This document shows, in pieces, positions 1-11,511 of a stretch of DNA of 64,000 bases; positions within the stretch are counted from its first letter, which is position 1, and each line of letters begins with the position of its first letter. The position numbers were made by a program, and so were the translations under genes. A model generated the notes under the pieces. It made no database searches, had not been told where the DNA came from, and worked only from the letters and a program-made list of their open reading frames with translations. The stretch is from Octopus vulgaris (lineage: Eukaryota), in the NCBI GenBank assembly GCA_951406725.2, contig OX597815.1, positions 1,364,001-1,428,000 on the forward strand, given 5' to 3'.

Positions 1-406
1 TGAAGACAACAAGAATAGAATGGCAATCAAAAATAGAGGTTACCACCAAAGTATGCAGCATAATTGTGGAATTTAGAGTGGACACTGGTGCAGATGTGAC
101 AGCAGTACCTGACCGGTTCTTCAGGAAGAATTCTCCAATAATAAAACCTACAAACAAAAGATTATATGGACCAGGTCAACACAAAATAAAAGTACTTGGA
201 CGTGTAGATGCCACATTGAATTACGGGAAAGCAACATCGCAACAGGAACTGTACATTGCGCAACACTTAGCTGAACCATTATTGGGTGGACCAGCAATCA
301 AAGCTCTCAATCTATTGAGTAAAATCAATATGATAAAAAGTGAAGGTCTCCAATACAAAAAAAGACTTCCCCAATGTGTTTACAGGTCGAAGGAAATTGA
401 GGTATA

Positions 407-530
407 TACCGTAAATCCTCGAGTATAATCCGCATTTTTTCCCCCAAATTTAAAGGTCAAAATCCCTAGTGCGTATTATATACGAGGTTAAAAATGAAAA
501 TTATTTTCTAAGCAATGTCCGAGTCTCTAT
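407..530. mobile_element. Possible end fragment of a TcMar/pogo-like DNA transposon
   Basis: TA-CCGTAAATCCTCGAGTATAATCCGCA resembles pogo/Tigger-type terminal repeats from memory. It interrupts the Gypsy pol frame. No partner TIR seen. Confidence 0.35.
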
Positions 531-1100
531 TTGCTATGTCTATGCCTACATCGATGGTCTGTTGTTTGCCAGTTCTAGTGCTGATGAGCATGCACAACAT
601 TTAAAGCTGCTTTTCCAACGCCTGACCCAATTCAGAGTTACAACAAATCCAGCTAAATGTGTTTTTGGATCCTCTTCACTTGTTTTCCTTGGCCACCTCA
701 TCGATGAAGTGGGTATTAGGCCTCTTCCTGAAAAAGTCCATGCTATCCAAGAACTCCCTCCTCCCACCTCGCTCCGGCAGCTTCATCGTTTCCCGGGATT
801 ATTGAACTTTTATAGACGATTTATCCCTCGCTGTTCGAAACACCTTGCTCCTCTTACTGAGCTTTTAAAAGATCGCAAGAACAAAAACGAAGCTATTTCA
901 CTCTCACCTTCCCAAATGGATGCTTTTCGAACGGTAAAGCGTGAACTTGCTCAAGCCTCGCTGTTAGCGCACCCTGTTTATGGTGCAAAGCTTTCGCTTG
1001 TGGTAGACGCATCAGATACACCGGTAGGCGCCGTGTTGCAACAGTTCCATCAAGAACATATGCAAACTTTGGCATTTTTCTCTCGGCAGCTGCTGAGAAT
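530..1100 (+). mobile_element. Gypsy RT / RNase H fragment, apparently from a second lineage
   Basis: ORF 469-1104: YAYIDGLL (degenerate YxDD), KCVFG..VFLGH, GLLNFYRRFIP, VDASDTPVGAVLQQ. It is redundant with the host RNase H that follows at 1154. Confidence 0.7.
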
Positions 1101-2083
1101 TTAGCAGAGACGACCAAACCATTCCGGGATCTACTAAAAAGACCACTTGGATATTGGACCAGCCTCAAGAAACGCTTCGGACTCTGAAGGAAAAGCTGAG
1201 CTCTGCACCAGTATGGGATGCATCGTCTTATGGCTTGGGTGGGGTACTTCTTCAGAAGGAAGGAGATGGCCGGGGACCTGTATTCTATGCATTGAAATCT
1301 CTCATTGAGACAGAGCAGAGATATGCACAGATTGAGAAGGAAGTATCAGCAGTCACAGGGTGTTGTGAGAAGTTTGCTTTACTTCTTGATAGAACTACCA
1401 AAGTTCTTGGTAGAAACAAATCACAAGCCTCTACTACTTCTGCTAAAGACTAAACGTCTCAATGGGTTGATTCCAAGAATCCAGCGTCTCCGCATGCACC
1501 TAAAGAGATTCACCTACGAGATCACACACATCGCAGGGAAAAACCTCGTTACAGCAGACACCCTATCCAGAGCTCTTGGCAGCGTACCAATGAAACAAGA
1601 ATTCCAGCAGGAGACAGAGATGTTTGTCTGTTCTTTCATAGAGACCATCTTTGTGAGTGACAAATGACTGGAGGAAATCAAGCAGAAACTAAGACCTGAC
1701 AAAATCTGTGGTCAAGTGGTCAACTTCTACAAGATGGACCACTGGCCTGAAGCAGCCACACAAGATCTGGAACCGAGACCCTTCTGGTTTGTATGGCAGT
1801 ATCTAACAGTTTATCAGGGATTCTTACTGTATCAGAGTTGACTCATCATCCCTGCAGACATCTTGGATCGTCTACATGAAGGACACCAAGGTGAGGGACA
1901 GTATTTGGTGGCCAGGCCTTTCCAGGCAAATTGCTGAGAAGACAGGAAGGTGTAGTAGAATACGAGAGAAGGAAAAGAAATATCCACCAGAACCACTACA
2001 ACCCAACCAAGTTACCTGGCTATCCGTGGCAGAAGGTAGGAATGGACTTGTTTGAATTGAAAGGACACAGGTATCTATTAGTC

Positions 2084-2695
2084 TGTAGTGATCCTATAAC
2101 GGTGCGCGCGCGCGCACCGTCCATTTTCTATTTCGCGCGTGCGAGTGTTGGTGCCTTCACCAAGGCACAGAAAGGAAAGGCCCTCTCGCGCATGCGCGAA
2201 CCACCGGAAGCACGACCCTTTTGCCTACGTGGTAGTTAGCCAAGGCAAGGGGGTCGTAGAACGTTTGACCGCTAGCAGCAGCAGCCAACGACTTGAGACA
2301 GCAGCGACTGAAGGCGACGGTCACGCATATTTTCTCTCCGTTCGAACTTGCTTCTAGCAGCACCTTACCAAAAGGCCTTTAACCAAATTGTTGCAGACCA
2401 ACATCGTCTCCATTGTTCGCCGCCATCTTTAACCCGTCCTGTTTTTAGCGGCTGAACATTGTAAATATTACAATCGATTAACTTTCAGCCTTGCGCGCCC
2501 AGAACCAAAGGGATACCAGATAACCACTTATTGTTACTGTTACCACATTAGAGAATAAAGTAGTATATATATATCTTTTACGTCTGCGTCTTGTTGTTTC
2601 TGACTGGTAGAATTCTGGATTATTAAAGCAACGGCTAGTGATTGCCTTTGTGCACCCCAAAAGTGCACGAGGATATTCACACTAAGTTCGTTACA
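2084..2695. mobile_element. Solo LTR inserted in the host integrase
   Basis: TGTAG...TTACA termini; 4-bp TSD AGTC (2080-2083, 2696-2699); internal AATAAA near 2553. Removing it rejoins RYLLV-IDYYSRW. Confidence 0.85.
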
Positions 2696-3142
2696 AGTCA
2701 TTGATTACTATTCTAGATGGAGAGAGAGATCTCATCTACAGACAACAATATCAGGCAGCATCGTTGACAATTGTAAATCAATATTTGTTAGATATGGTAT
2801 ACGAGAGGCTGTCATTTCTGATAATGATCCGCAATTCTTTCTACGCCTCACCAATAGTCCCCATTATCCACAAGGAAATGAGAAGCTGAACGTGCAGTTC
2901 AGACAGTTAAAACCCTTCCAAAACAAAAAGGCAAGTGATCCCTATATCGCACTGCTTAATTATCACAGCATTCCACCACAACATGGCAAGGGTCCTGCAG
3001 AGTTGTTGATGAAGAGGAAACTCAAGGCTCCCATGGCACAATTATTTATAAAAATGTATCCTGCCAAGAAAATGCTGAGCAATACAAAAATGCAGACTCT
3101 CAGCTCAAATTGAAACAAAAAGTCAATTTCAGTAAGTGTCAT

Positions 3143-3361
3143 TGTTACACATTCATATCTATGTGTTTGCGTATGCCAAACTACATCCCCACTCTTGGCA
3201 CTATTTTGTTAGTGAACAGTACAAACTGTGTGTAAAGTATATAATGTATTACTACACTGAATGTCGTCGTCCGTGTATCATGAATAGAAAATAAACACGT
3301 AACAATAACAATGGTTTTCAATTGGTTGTCTTTCCCATTAGAACCCAAACTACACACAACA
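3143..3361 (+). repeat. 5' LTR of nested element
   Basis: Direct repeat of 6020-6232; about 4 substitutions and one 6-bp indel counted by eye. Confidence 0.93.
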
Positions 3362-3374
3362 TGGTGGCAGCGGT
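3362..3374 (+). promoter_or_regulatory. Primer-binding site (tRNA-Leu-like)
   Basis: TGGTGGCAGCGGT immediately after the LTR, complementary to the ...ACCGCTGCCA-CCA 3' end of tRNA-Leu. Confidence 0.75.
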
Positions 3375-6019
3375 AAAAAAAGAAACGGAAACTGTGCCTT
3401 TACAACAAATCTGAAACGCAAAGAAACAGGAAATCAACAAACAAAACATGGCTTCGCCTTCGGACAACATACACGACGATCCAAGATGGCGACCCCCGCC
3501 GCCGTACAGATGAATCTACATCCGATTATGGATTGGGGCTCCGATGATATTTTGGAAGCATTTAAAAAGTTTAAACAGAAAACTCAACTAGCTTTCAAAA
3601 GTTTCCTGAAAGGCACAACTGATGATGAAAAGGTAAGCTATATCCTTTTATGGTCAGGTAATAAAGGAATAGACTTATTCAATAGCTGGGATATGTCAGA
3701 ATCGGACTGCAATAACCCAGATACACTTCTTGAGAAATTTGAAAGGCACCTAGAGCCCAGGTCGAACCATAGAATTCACAGATACGAATTCCAGGGCCTG
3801 AAACAAGACCCACAAGAAACAATTGACAATTTCCTGTCAAGACTGAAAAATGTTGCAGAGAAATGCAAATTCAAAGACAGGGAGGAGAAAATTGTAGACC
3901 AATTAATATGGGGGTGTGCCCACAAAGAAGTACAAAAATCACTAATAGGTAAGGACGCTCTCCAGTTGGTAGAAGCAGTAGACACTGCAAGATTATTCGA
4001 AGCCACTACCAAACAGATGGCCTCACTTAGCTTACAAACAAGCTCACTTGGTAGCAGTGTAGATACTGTATCTAGGCACAGGACACATACCCACAAACAA
4101 AGAACATGCCAGTACTGTGGTACAGAGCATGAATTTAATAACCGAAAAAAAATGTCCTGCATTCGGTACACACTGCAAAGGATGTGGAAAACTTAACCAC
4201 TGGAAAAAAATGTGTAGGGTAACAAAATCCCAGAGATACAAGCCCCAATTTTCAAAGAGGAGCAGAAATAGAAGAAGAGAGATACATGCACAACAACAGG
4301 AACAAAGCACCTCAGAGGAGGAATTCTTGGCAATCAGCATAATAAATGTGCATGAGATGGGAAAGGACGACCGGAAGAAACAAGATGAGGCATACACGAC
4401 AATAAGAATTGAAAAGAAGGCCGGAAGGAAAAGAACAAACATAGACTTAAGGCTGAAAATAGACACTGGGGCCCAGAGTGATATCTTGCCTGTCAGCTTA
4501 TACAAGAAGATGTTCCCAGAAAATATGACAGAAGAGGATAGGGTCAGGAAAGGAATCCTCACACCAAGTGATGTGGTCCTCACTGCGTACGGAGGTACCA
4601 GGATTCCACAACTGGGGAAAACAACGATTAGGGGGACACACAAAGGAAAACAATCAAGTGTACATTTTATGTCACAAGAACAGAAGGCCCAGCAATTCTT
4701 GGACTCGATACCTGCAAGAGGTTAAATATTGTGTCGGTCAATGCTGAAGTGAAAGCAGCTCCAAGCAGGGTTGACAGTGATATGCCTATCAAAGACCGAC
4801 CACCAATCACAAACAAACAGGAGATGGAAGGAATAAGCAGAAAGGTCCACCACATTGTAAATGTGACAACAAGAAAGCTAGCGGAAATCAAAGAGGAGAA
4901 GGAGGAAATGATATCTGGTGACATCCCAAGAAGGCCATGGCAAACTATTGGAGTAGATCTGTTCACAGAGGGCCAAGAATGGTATTTGATAATGGCCTGC
5001 TACTACTCCAAATTTCCATTTGTGAGAAAAGTGAAAGACCTGACAGCCAAAACAATCACTACAGTGGCTCGAGGACTCCTAGCAGAGCAAGGAATACCAG
5101 AGGAGATCATATGTGACAATGGAACCCAGTTCACGTCACAAGAATTCAAAAAGCTAGCCGAAGAGTATGGGTTCAATATTACAACTTCATCTCCACACTA
5201 CCCCAAAGGTCAGGGGTTTATAGAAAGACAGGTGCAGACAGTGAAGAGAACACTAGTCAAATAATGAGAGACTAAGGAAGACCCACACATGGCACTTCTT
5301 TCCCTACAAGCGACACCACTGAGAGCTGATATGAAATCCCCAGCAGAATTGCTGAATGGCAGGAAGTATAAAACTACCCTGCCAACTAAGATCCAACCTC
5401 CTATTGACCAGGAAGAGACAAGGGCAAAGCTAGCAGCCACTCAAGAACAATCACAGAGGTATTACAACAAACATGCACAATATTTACCTGAGATACTTGG
5501 AGGACAACATGTGCATACTCAAGATCCCATAACTAAAACATGGATCCCAGCAAAGGTTGTCAGTAGAGCTGAAACTCCAAGATCGTATATAATAGAAACG
5601 GAATCTGGTAGGCAGCTGAGACACAACAGGGCCCACATCCGCCCAACACCAGAGCTGTTGAGGACAACGTGTACAACACCTGCTGCATTGGTGACGACAC
5701 CCACGAATCATCACCCCAACGGGCACCAACCACCAATCAGCAGCCCAACAACACACCTCAGACACCGGTGCGAAGCACAAGATCCACCAGATGGAGAAAA
5801 AAAACATTCTGCCACCGGTTCGATACCGTTAGAGAAAAAAAAAAAAAGAAAATGAAAAGAGAAGTAACTAATTTAGTTAGACTACAAAGCAGAGGCAGAA
5901 TAATCTCACGACTTCTGCTGTAGGATTGCCACCTCAGGCTGACAATCCATGGAGCAAGGGAGACTACTCATAGTTGTCTTCACTGCCAGAAGACCCCTTT
6001 TATTTTTTTCAAGAAGGGA

Positions 6020-6232
6020 TGTTACACATTCATATCTATGTGTTTGTGTATGCCAAACTACATCCCCACTCTTGGCACTATTTTGTTAGTGAACAGTACA
6101 AAGTGTGTGTAAAGTATATAATGTATTACTACGCTGAATGTCGTCGTCCGTGTATCATGAATAGAAAATAAACACGTAACAATGGTTTTCAATTGGTTGT
6201 CTTTCCCATTAGAACCCAAACTACACATAACA
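6020..6232 (+). repeat. 3' LTR of nested element
   Basis: Preceded by a PPT and followed by TSD GTCAT. Confidence 0.93.
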
Positions 6233-6612
6233 GTCATCGAGCTAGGAGGGCATGTATGATCTTTTAATGAAGGACAACCAATTTGGGTGAAGAGACTGGA
6301 AACCAGTCCAGCCAAAGTGGGGAAAACTCTATCACCAAGGTCAGTACTTGTTGAGGCAGATTCAGGACTAATTCATCAAAACAGAAGCCATTTTCGCAAG
6401 AGAAGAGAGAAAACCAGAATTATCCACCTTACCAACCATACCCAGAGACATTCCTGAGTATTGCTGTGAAAATTCAGCAGAACATCTTGCCGAAAAAGTT
6501 GACCCACCAGAGAGCCAGTTCACTGTACACAGGGACGTCTCAAGCCAGCAGTGGTTGGAGAATTCAAACACCAAAGAAACTGTCATTATGAACTCATAAC
6601 TTGAAAGGGGAA

Positions 6613-6797
6613 TGTGGTGTTATCTCCCTTTCATTAGTCCCCTACCATTACAGGAACTCTCTAGTTTAAAAGAACACATTTGGGTCCCTGATAGTAAGAG
6701 GCCATTACTGTGTATGCTTTGCTAATAAATGGACGTATTTCACGCTGAATTCTCTTTCAAGATATTAACAAATATCGTCAACCTTCATTATACCACA
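6613..6797 (+). repeat. 3' LTR of the outer Gypsy element
   Basis: TGTGGT...ACCACA inverted termini, upstream PPT, internal AATAAA near 6724. Confidence 0.75.
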
Positions 6798-7099
6798 GTG
6801 AGATGGTAATCTTTGAGATCAGGGGTTCATGTGGGGATGAGATGAGCCAGAAGGGCAGTGACATCAACGTTCGAGGGGCCAGACCGGAACAGGAAGTGGG
6901 AGAGAGGAAGTGAGGAAAGCAAGACCAGGGTCGTCTTCTTTTGACCTGGTGTAGTTACCTGAATTAACTAGAGAGGAACAAAAGTGACTGGGAAACTGAT
7001 ATTTTAGATCAGAACAATTGGAGAGGTGCTGTTAGGACAGCCACAAAGAAAAGATGATTCAGAGCTCTGAGTTTAGAAGAGCCGATTGCAAAGGAACAA

Positions 7100-7950
7100 T
7101 TGGAACTGAAATCAACAGTGAATGTTGGATATGTATAAGACAACTTTGATGTTACAATGGGATCTTCAAACTCCACCCAGGTCACTGATGTTGTTGGTCT
7201 ATTATTACTTTTGAAAATTAAGGAAGAATTCCCTAATATCAGCAAAGGTTTGTATGGAGATGATGTGTTGTTTGCTACAAGCGATCAATAGGATAAGGAA
7301 AAGACTAATAACATTTTTAAAGCTATATAACTTAGACATCCTATTTGAAAACATCACTAAAGCTGTTCATTTTTGGCTGTAACATTAAATTTAGACAATG
7401 GCTTATTTTATCCTTACCACAAAGCCTATTAAAACCATTAATTATATCCATGCCTCGTTCAATCATTCCCAAAGTGTTATTAATGGGGTGGTCAAAAGGG
7501 TGTCATTAAGAATTTCTAACTTATCTGCAAGTGGAAATATTTTTATAACTTTACCTCCTTTTGTAATACAGAATTGAGGAAGAGAGGATTCAATAGGAAG
7601 ATACACCGTGTCAACGATACACTATTTAAAAATATATTAGGTAAACATTTTTCAAATCTTGCAAAATTAAACATTGATACTCGTTCTGTGGACGACCCTC
7701 CCACGCATCAGGTCCACCACCATAATAGAAGACACTAGAATACATTTAATTATAATAATTATTATACTGAGCAGATTAGGAACAAACTCAGCAAGGAAAT
7801 GGGAAATCATCTGGTTCACCCTCCCCCTCAGTAATCTCCCTAAATTACTTTTTAGGATTATTGACAGGAATTTCCCATTAGGCCATAAATATCCCATTTT
7901 TAATAGATCCTGTAGCTTCCCTAAATCACAACTCTGTGCCACAGGAAAGC
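7100..7950 (+). mobile_element. Penelope-like element RT remnant
   Basis: Reads FDVTMGSSNSTQVTDVVGL...GLYGDD, YIHASFNH and IIWFTLP, motifs typical of PLE reverse transcriptases; frameshifted. Confidence 0.7.
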
Positions 7951-8138
7951 TTTAGCCTACGCGATGATGGGCAAATATGGAAATTCATCAAGTCTGGTGA
8001 ATCGTAGATAAGGGATATCAGTTGGTCTGAGCAAACTGCACCCACAACAACTGGCAATACAAAAATCTTGGGAAACTAAACAAGAACAATCAGCCATCCC
8101 CTGTACATCATCGCCATCTGAAATCCAGATACAAACTG

Positions 8139-10155
8139 TTGTCCCTGAATGCCCGTAGTTTATGCAACAAGGTGCATCTTTTTGACTCTTACGTCAATAG
8201 TATCAACCCAGATTTCATCACAGTCACGGAAACATGGGCACATTCTGCACGCTGTGATGGAGTTTTCAGCATAGCCAGCTACAACCAGTTCCGCAAAGAC
8301 CGCATTAATCGCTATGGAGGGAGTGTGATGGTTTTTGTTCGATCAAATCTATCAGCAATCCCTTGTGATGATTTAAACCAATCTCAGCAGGAAGTATTTT
8401 TCTGCAATATACACATGGCCATGTCAACAATTCTGCTTGGAGTCGTTTACCGCCCCCCAAATTATCGTCAAGACGCACAGCTTTTTTATATCCTCAGAGC
8501 TGCTGCCATGAAAACAGCCACTTATGTTTATGTTGCGGGGGACTTCAATTTCCCTGAGATTGACTGGGAGGCCTTCCGTTGGCCGCAAAGTGCAGAAGAT
8601 TTCCTTGAACTGGTGCTGAATTCAAATTGGTCCCAAGTCGTTACCTCCCCCACAAGGGGTAACAACACTTTGGATCTGCTACTTACCGCTTCTCCTGAAA
8701 CAATTATCAGTGTCACTACTGAAGAACCTTTAGGTGACTCTGATCATTCCATGATCATGGCTGACTTGTCTCTGATTGGTTGTAACAAAAAACACAACCA
8801 TCTTCAAACTGCCCGCTTTGACTGGAATAAAGCAAACTGGAGGTCTTATTGTACTGACCTGCAACGCCCAAACTGGCTCGAATTTTATGCCTCTGGAGAT
8901 GTGAACACTATACTTCAGAACATTCTGAATTCAATAAGGGCGGCATGTGCAGCATCAGTGCCATGCAAGCACAAAAAACCCACCCAATAGTGCAATTTGG
9001 GAGACTGCAGCAGTCCGACTTGCCAGGAAAGAACGCCGTAATGCTGAACAGGAATACAAATTGCACAAATCAGAGAGCAACAGGAAAAAGCGCAGTGCTT
9101 GAATTCGAACAACGCATTGCAACCAACCCTGACAGCAAAGTGTTCTGGAAGTATGTGCACTCAAAGCAGAGACCTCACTCTCCAGTTGGTCCCCTTCGCA
9201 ATTCCCACACAGGACAGATTACTGGCAATCCCAAAGAATGTGCAGAAATCATTGCTGGATGCTATGCCGGCATCTTTACTGTCGAAGACCAAAATGTTCC
9301 ATCTTCATCACCACTGACATCGGACTCTATATCTTCTATGCAATTTACACCAGCAATTCTACAACGCTACCTTAAGAATAAACGCAATTATGCCTCTCCT
9401 GGTCTCGATGGTGTTACATACCTACTTCTCAAATGCGGTGGGTACTTTCTTCTAGGCTAACTTTCTCTATTCTTCCAATTCTGTCTTGACAATGGTGTTA
9501 CTCCAGAGCAGTGGAAAACTGCCAGTGTTATCCCTCTGTTCAAAAAAGGTGACCGCACATCGCCTGTCAACTATCGCCCCGTCAGTCTTACTAGCTGCAT
9601 CGCGAAACTGATGGAATCCTGTATCAGAGAAACCCTCTGGAACTTCTGGAAGTCTCACAGCCTCATCCAGCCGTCACAATTTGGATTTATTCCTAACTCC
9701 AGCTGCTGTAATCAACTCATCAAGTTTCTTGAGGACATTACCCAAATCACTGATCGCGGATTCTAGGTGGATGTTGTTTACCTGGACTTTGCTAAGGCTT
9801 TTAATTCTGTGCCACACAAAAGACTTATGGTGAAGCTCTCTGCGTTGGGCGTAAGAGACGATCTCTATAACTGGTTGAAGTCCTTTATTTTCTGCCAAAA
9901 AGAGGTTGTCACAGTTCTAGGTCAGCATTCTTCACCCTATGAGATGACATCTGGTGAACCACAGGGATCTGTTCTTAGCCCCTTTTATCTGTTGCATATG
10001 TTAATGACATAGATGCCAACTTAAAGAATGCCACAGTGCTGAAATATGCAGATGACATCAAGCTGTACCTCGAAATAAAGAGGTCAGATCCTGTACACGA
10101 TAGATCTCTATTGCAAGCAGACCTGGACACAATGCAGCAGTGGATCATGGCAAAA
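8139..10155 (+). mobile_element. Degenerate CR1/L2-group LINE ORF2 (APE endonuclease + RT)
   Basis: SLNARSL, VTETW, VYRPP, GDFN, LDLLL, SDH (APE). SPGLDG, NYRPVSLTS, YLDFAKAF, PQGSVL, KYADD (RT). Stops and frameshifts throughout. Confidence 0.9.
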
Positions 10156-11021
10156 CCTTGAAGTCATGATGACTGCCATCCTTTAACTTATAAGACTTAA
10201 TAAGTATGTGTTCTACTCAAAAATATTGAGTATCATCATCATCATCATCATTTAACGTCCGCTTTCCATGCTAGCATGGGTTGGACGGTTCAACTGGAAG
10301 CCAGAAGGCTGCACCAGGCTTCTGGCTTTCCAGACCCCTTCAGTTTAATGGTTAATCGTTGATACATATGGCTTCACATAAAAACGTGTGTATATATGTG
10401 CATATAGTGTAGATAGATAAATGATAGAAAATGGAATGAACATTTTTTTATTTACACTGTACAATGACATTAGGTGGCCAATAACTATGGACAAGCTTTG
10501 CCTAGCATTTTACGTTTCTATCTAAATCATATTTAACTGGGTGCGCGTGTGTGTATAGATAGATAGATAGATAAACAGACCGATATATATATTTAACTGG
10601 GTGTGTATATATAGATAGATAGACAGACCGATATATAGCAATATAGGGTACTATATTAGATTATCTTGGATTTTTTTGGAAACCCTTGCAACATAAAATA
10701 CCCTTTTAACAATAAAGGAAAATGAAAAAAAATCATTAATTTTGGGGACAAATTTGGAAGCTGGATAGAGTAATACAAGAGAGATATGGTAGCTCCCTGT
10801 CGTTGTGAAACATGGATATTAGTTACCAATCATTTAGTTAATTGGTTGACTAATAACAGAAATGAAAGAGAACCAATGTATGGTTCTTATTCCCATAATG
10901 ACCCTCCCAAGATACAAGGAATTTTCTTTTCTTCCATAAATATAATCAATTTTGTGTGTGTGTGTGTGTGTGTGGAAATGTTGAACGATGTAATGGTTTA
11001 AAATTAGGAGTATAATAGCAA

Positions 11022-11166
11022 GAAAAATATTCAGGGCATACCTTAACAAAAATATTCAGGGGATACCATCATCATCAGGAAAATATTCAGGGTATACCTC
11101 ATTGAAAATATTCAGGGGATACCCTAGCGAAAATATTTAAGGGATACCTTAACGAAAATATTCAGT
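11022..11166. repeat. About six ~25-bp tandem repeats (GAAAATATTCAGGGGATACC core) directly after the TK1-like stop codon
   Basis: Repeated AAAATATTCAGGG(G/C/T)ATACC with short variable linkers. Confidence 0.8.
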
Positions 11167-11169
11167 CAT

Positions 11170-11511
11170 TTATGGACTACTGAATAATTTGTTTCTATTT
11201 ACAGTAGTTTTGAAGTTAGCCAATGGTGGTGGGCTAAATGTCTCGTCTTGAGCAGGAACAGGAGCTGGATCCAATGGTTTAGTAACCTTAGGTACCAGAG
11301 GTGATGGTTTAGTAACTGGTATGTCTGCAGTTGAGTGTTCCAGAAGTGGTGTGACATTCTCTTTGAAGTTTTCTTTCAACGGACGTCTTGGAGTAAAAGA
11401 TTCATGTGGAGATTTGGCAGATCTTGAAGTGAGAGACTGATGAGGTAACTTGAAACATCTTCGACACACTGGTTCATAGTGCTTGGAGAAGCCGGAATGG
11501 TCTTCTTGAAC
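11170..11511 (-). CDS. TK1: TK1-like exon 7 (second CxxC plus Pro/Ser/Thr-rich tail with KEN and D-box motifs)
   Basis: ttccag acceptor; HYEPVCRRCFK; TPRRPLKENFKEN; stop at 11170; same frame as ORF 11170-11469. Confidence 0.85.
   Translation of the reverse strand, partial: VQEDHSGFSKHYEPVCRRCFKLPHQSLTSRSAKSPHESFTPRRPLKENFKENVTPLLEHSTADIPVTKPSPLVPKVTKPLDPAPVPAQDETFSPPPLANFKTTVNRNKLFSSP

Larger units (their letters stand above)
3143..6232 (+). mobile_element. Nested LTR retrotransposon with gag, protease and integrase but no RT/RNase H
   Basis: LTRs 3143-3361 and 6020-6232 (TG...CA); 5-bp TSD GTCAT; PBS TGGTGGCAGCGG at 3362; PPT AAGAAGGGA. Gag 3486-4196 with a CCHC knuckle, protease KIDTGAQ, integrase PWQTIGVDLF...CDNGTQF...GFIER. 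Confidence 0.93.
1..6797 (+). mobile_element. Degenerate Ty3/Gypsy LTR retrotransposon (5' part outside window), interrupted by nested insertions
   Basis: Aspartic protease FRVDTGADVT (66-428); RNase H DASSYGLGGVLLQ...YAQIEKE and TNHKPL (1154-1667); integrase PWQKVGMDLFELKG...IDYYSRW split by an insertion. Many stops and frameshifts. Polypurine tract TTGAAAGGGGAA precedes a 3' LTR. Confidence 0.85.
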
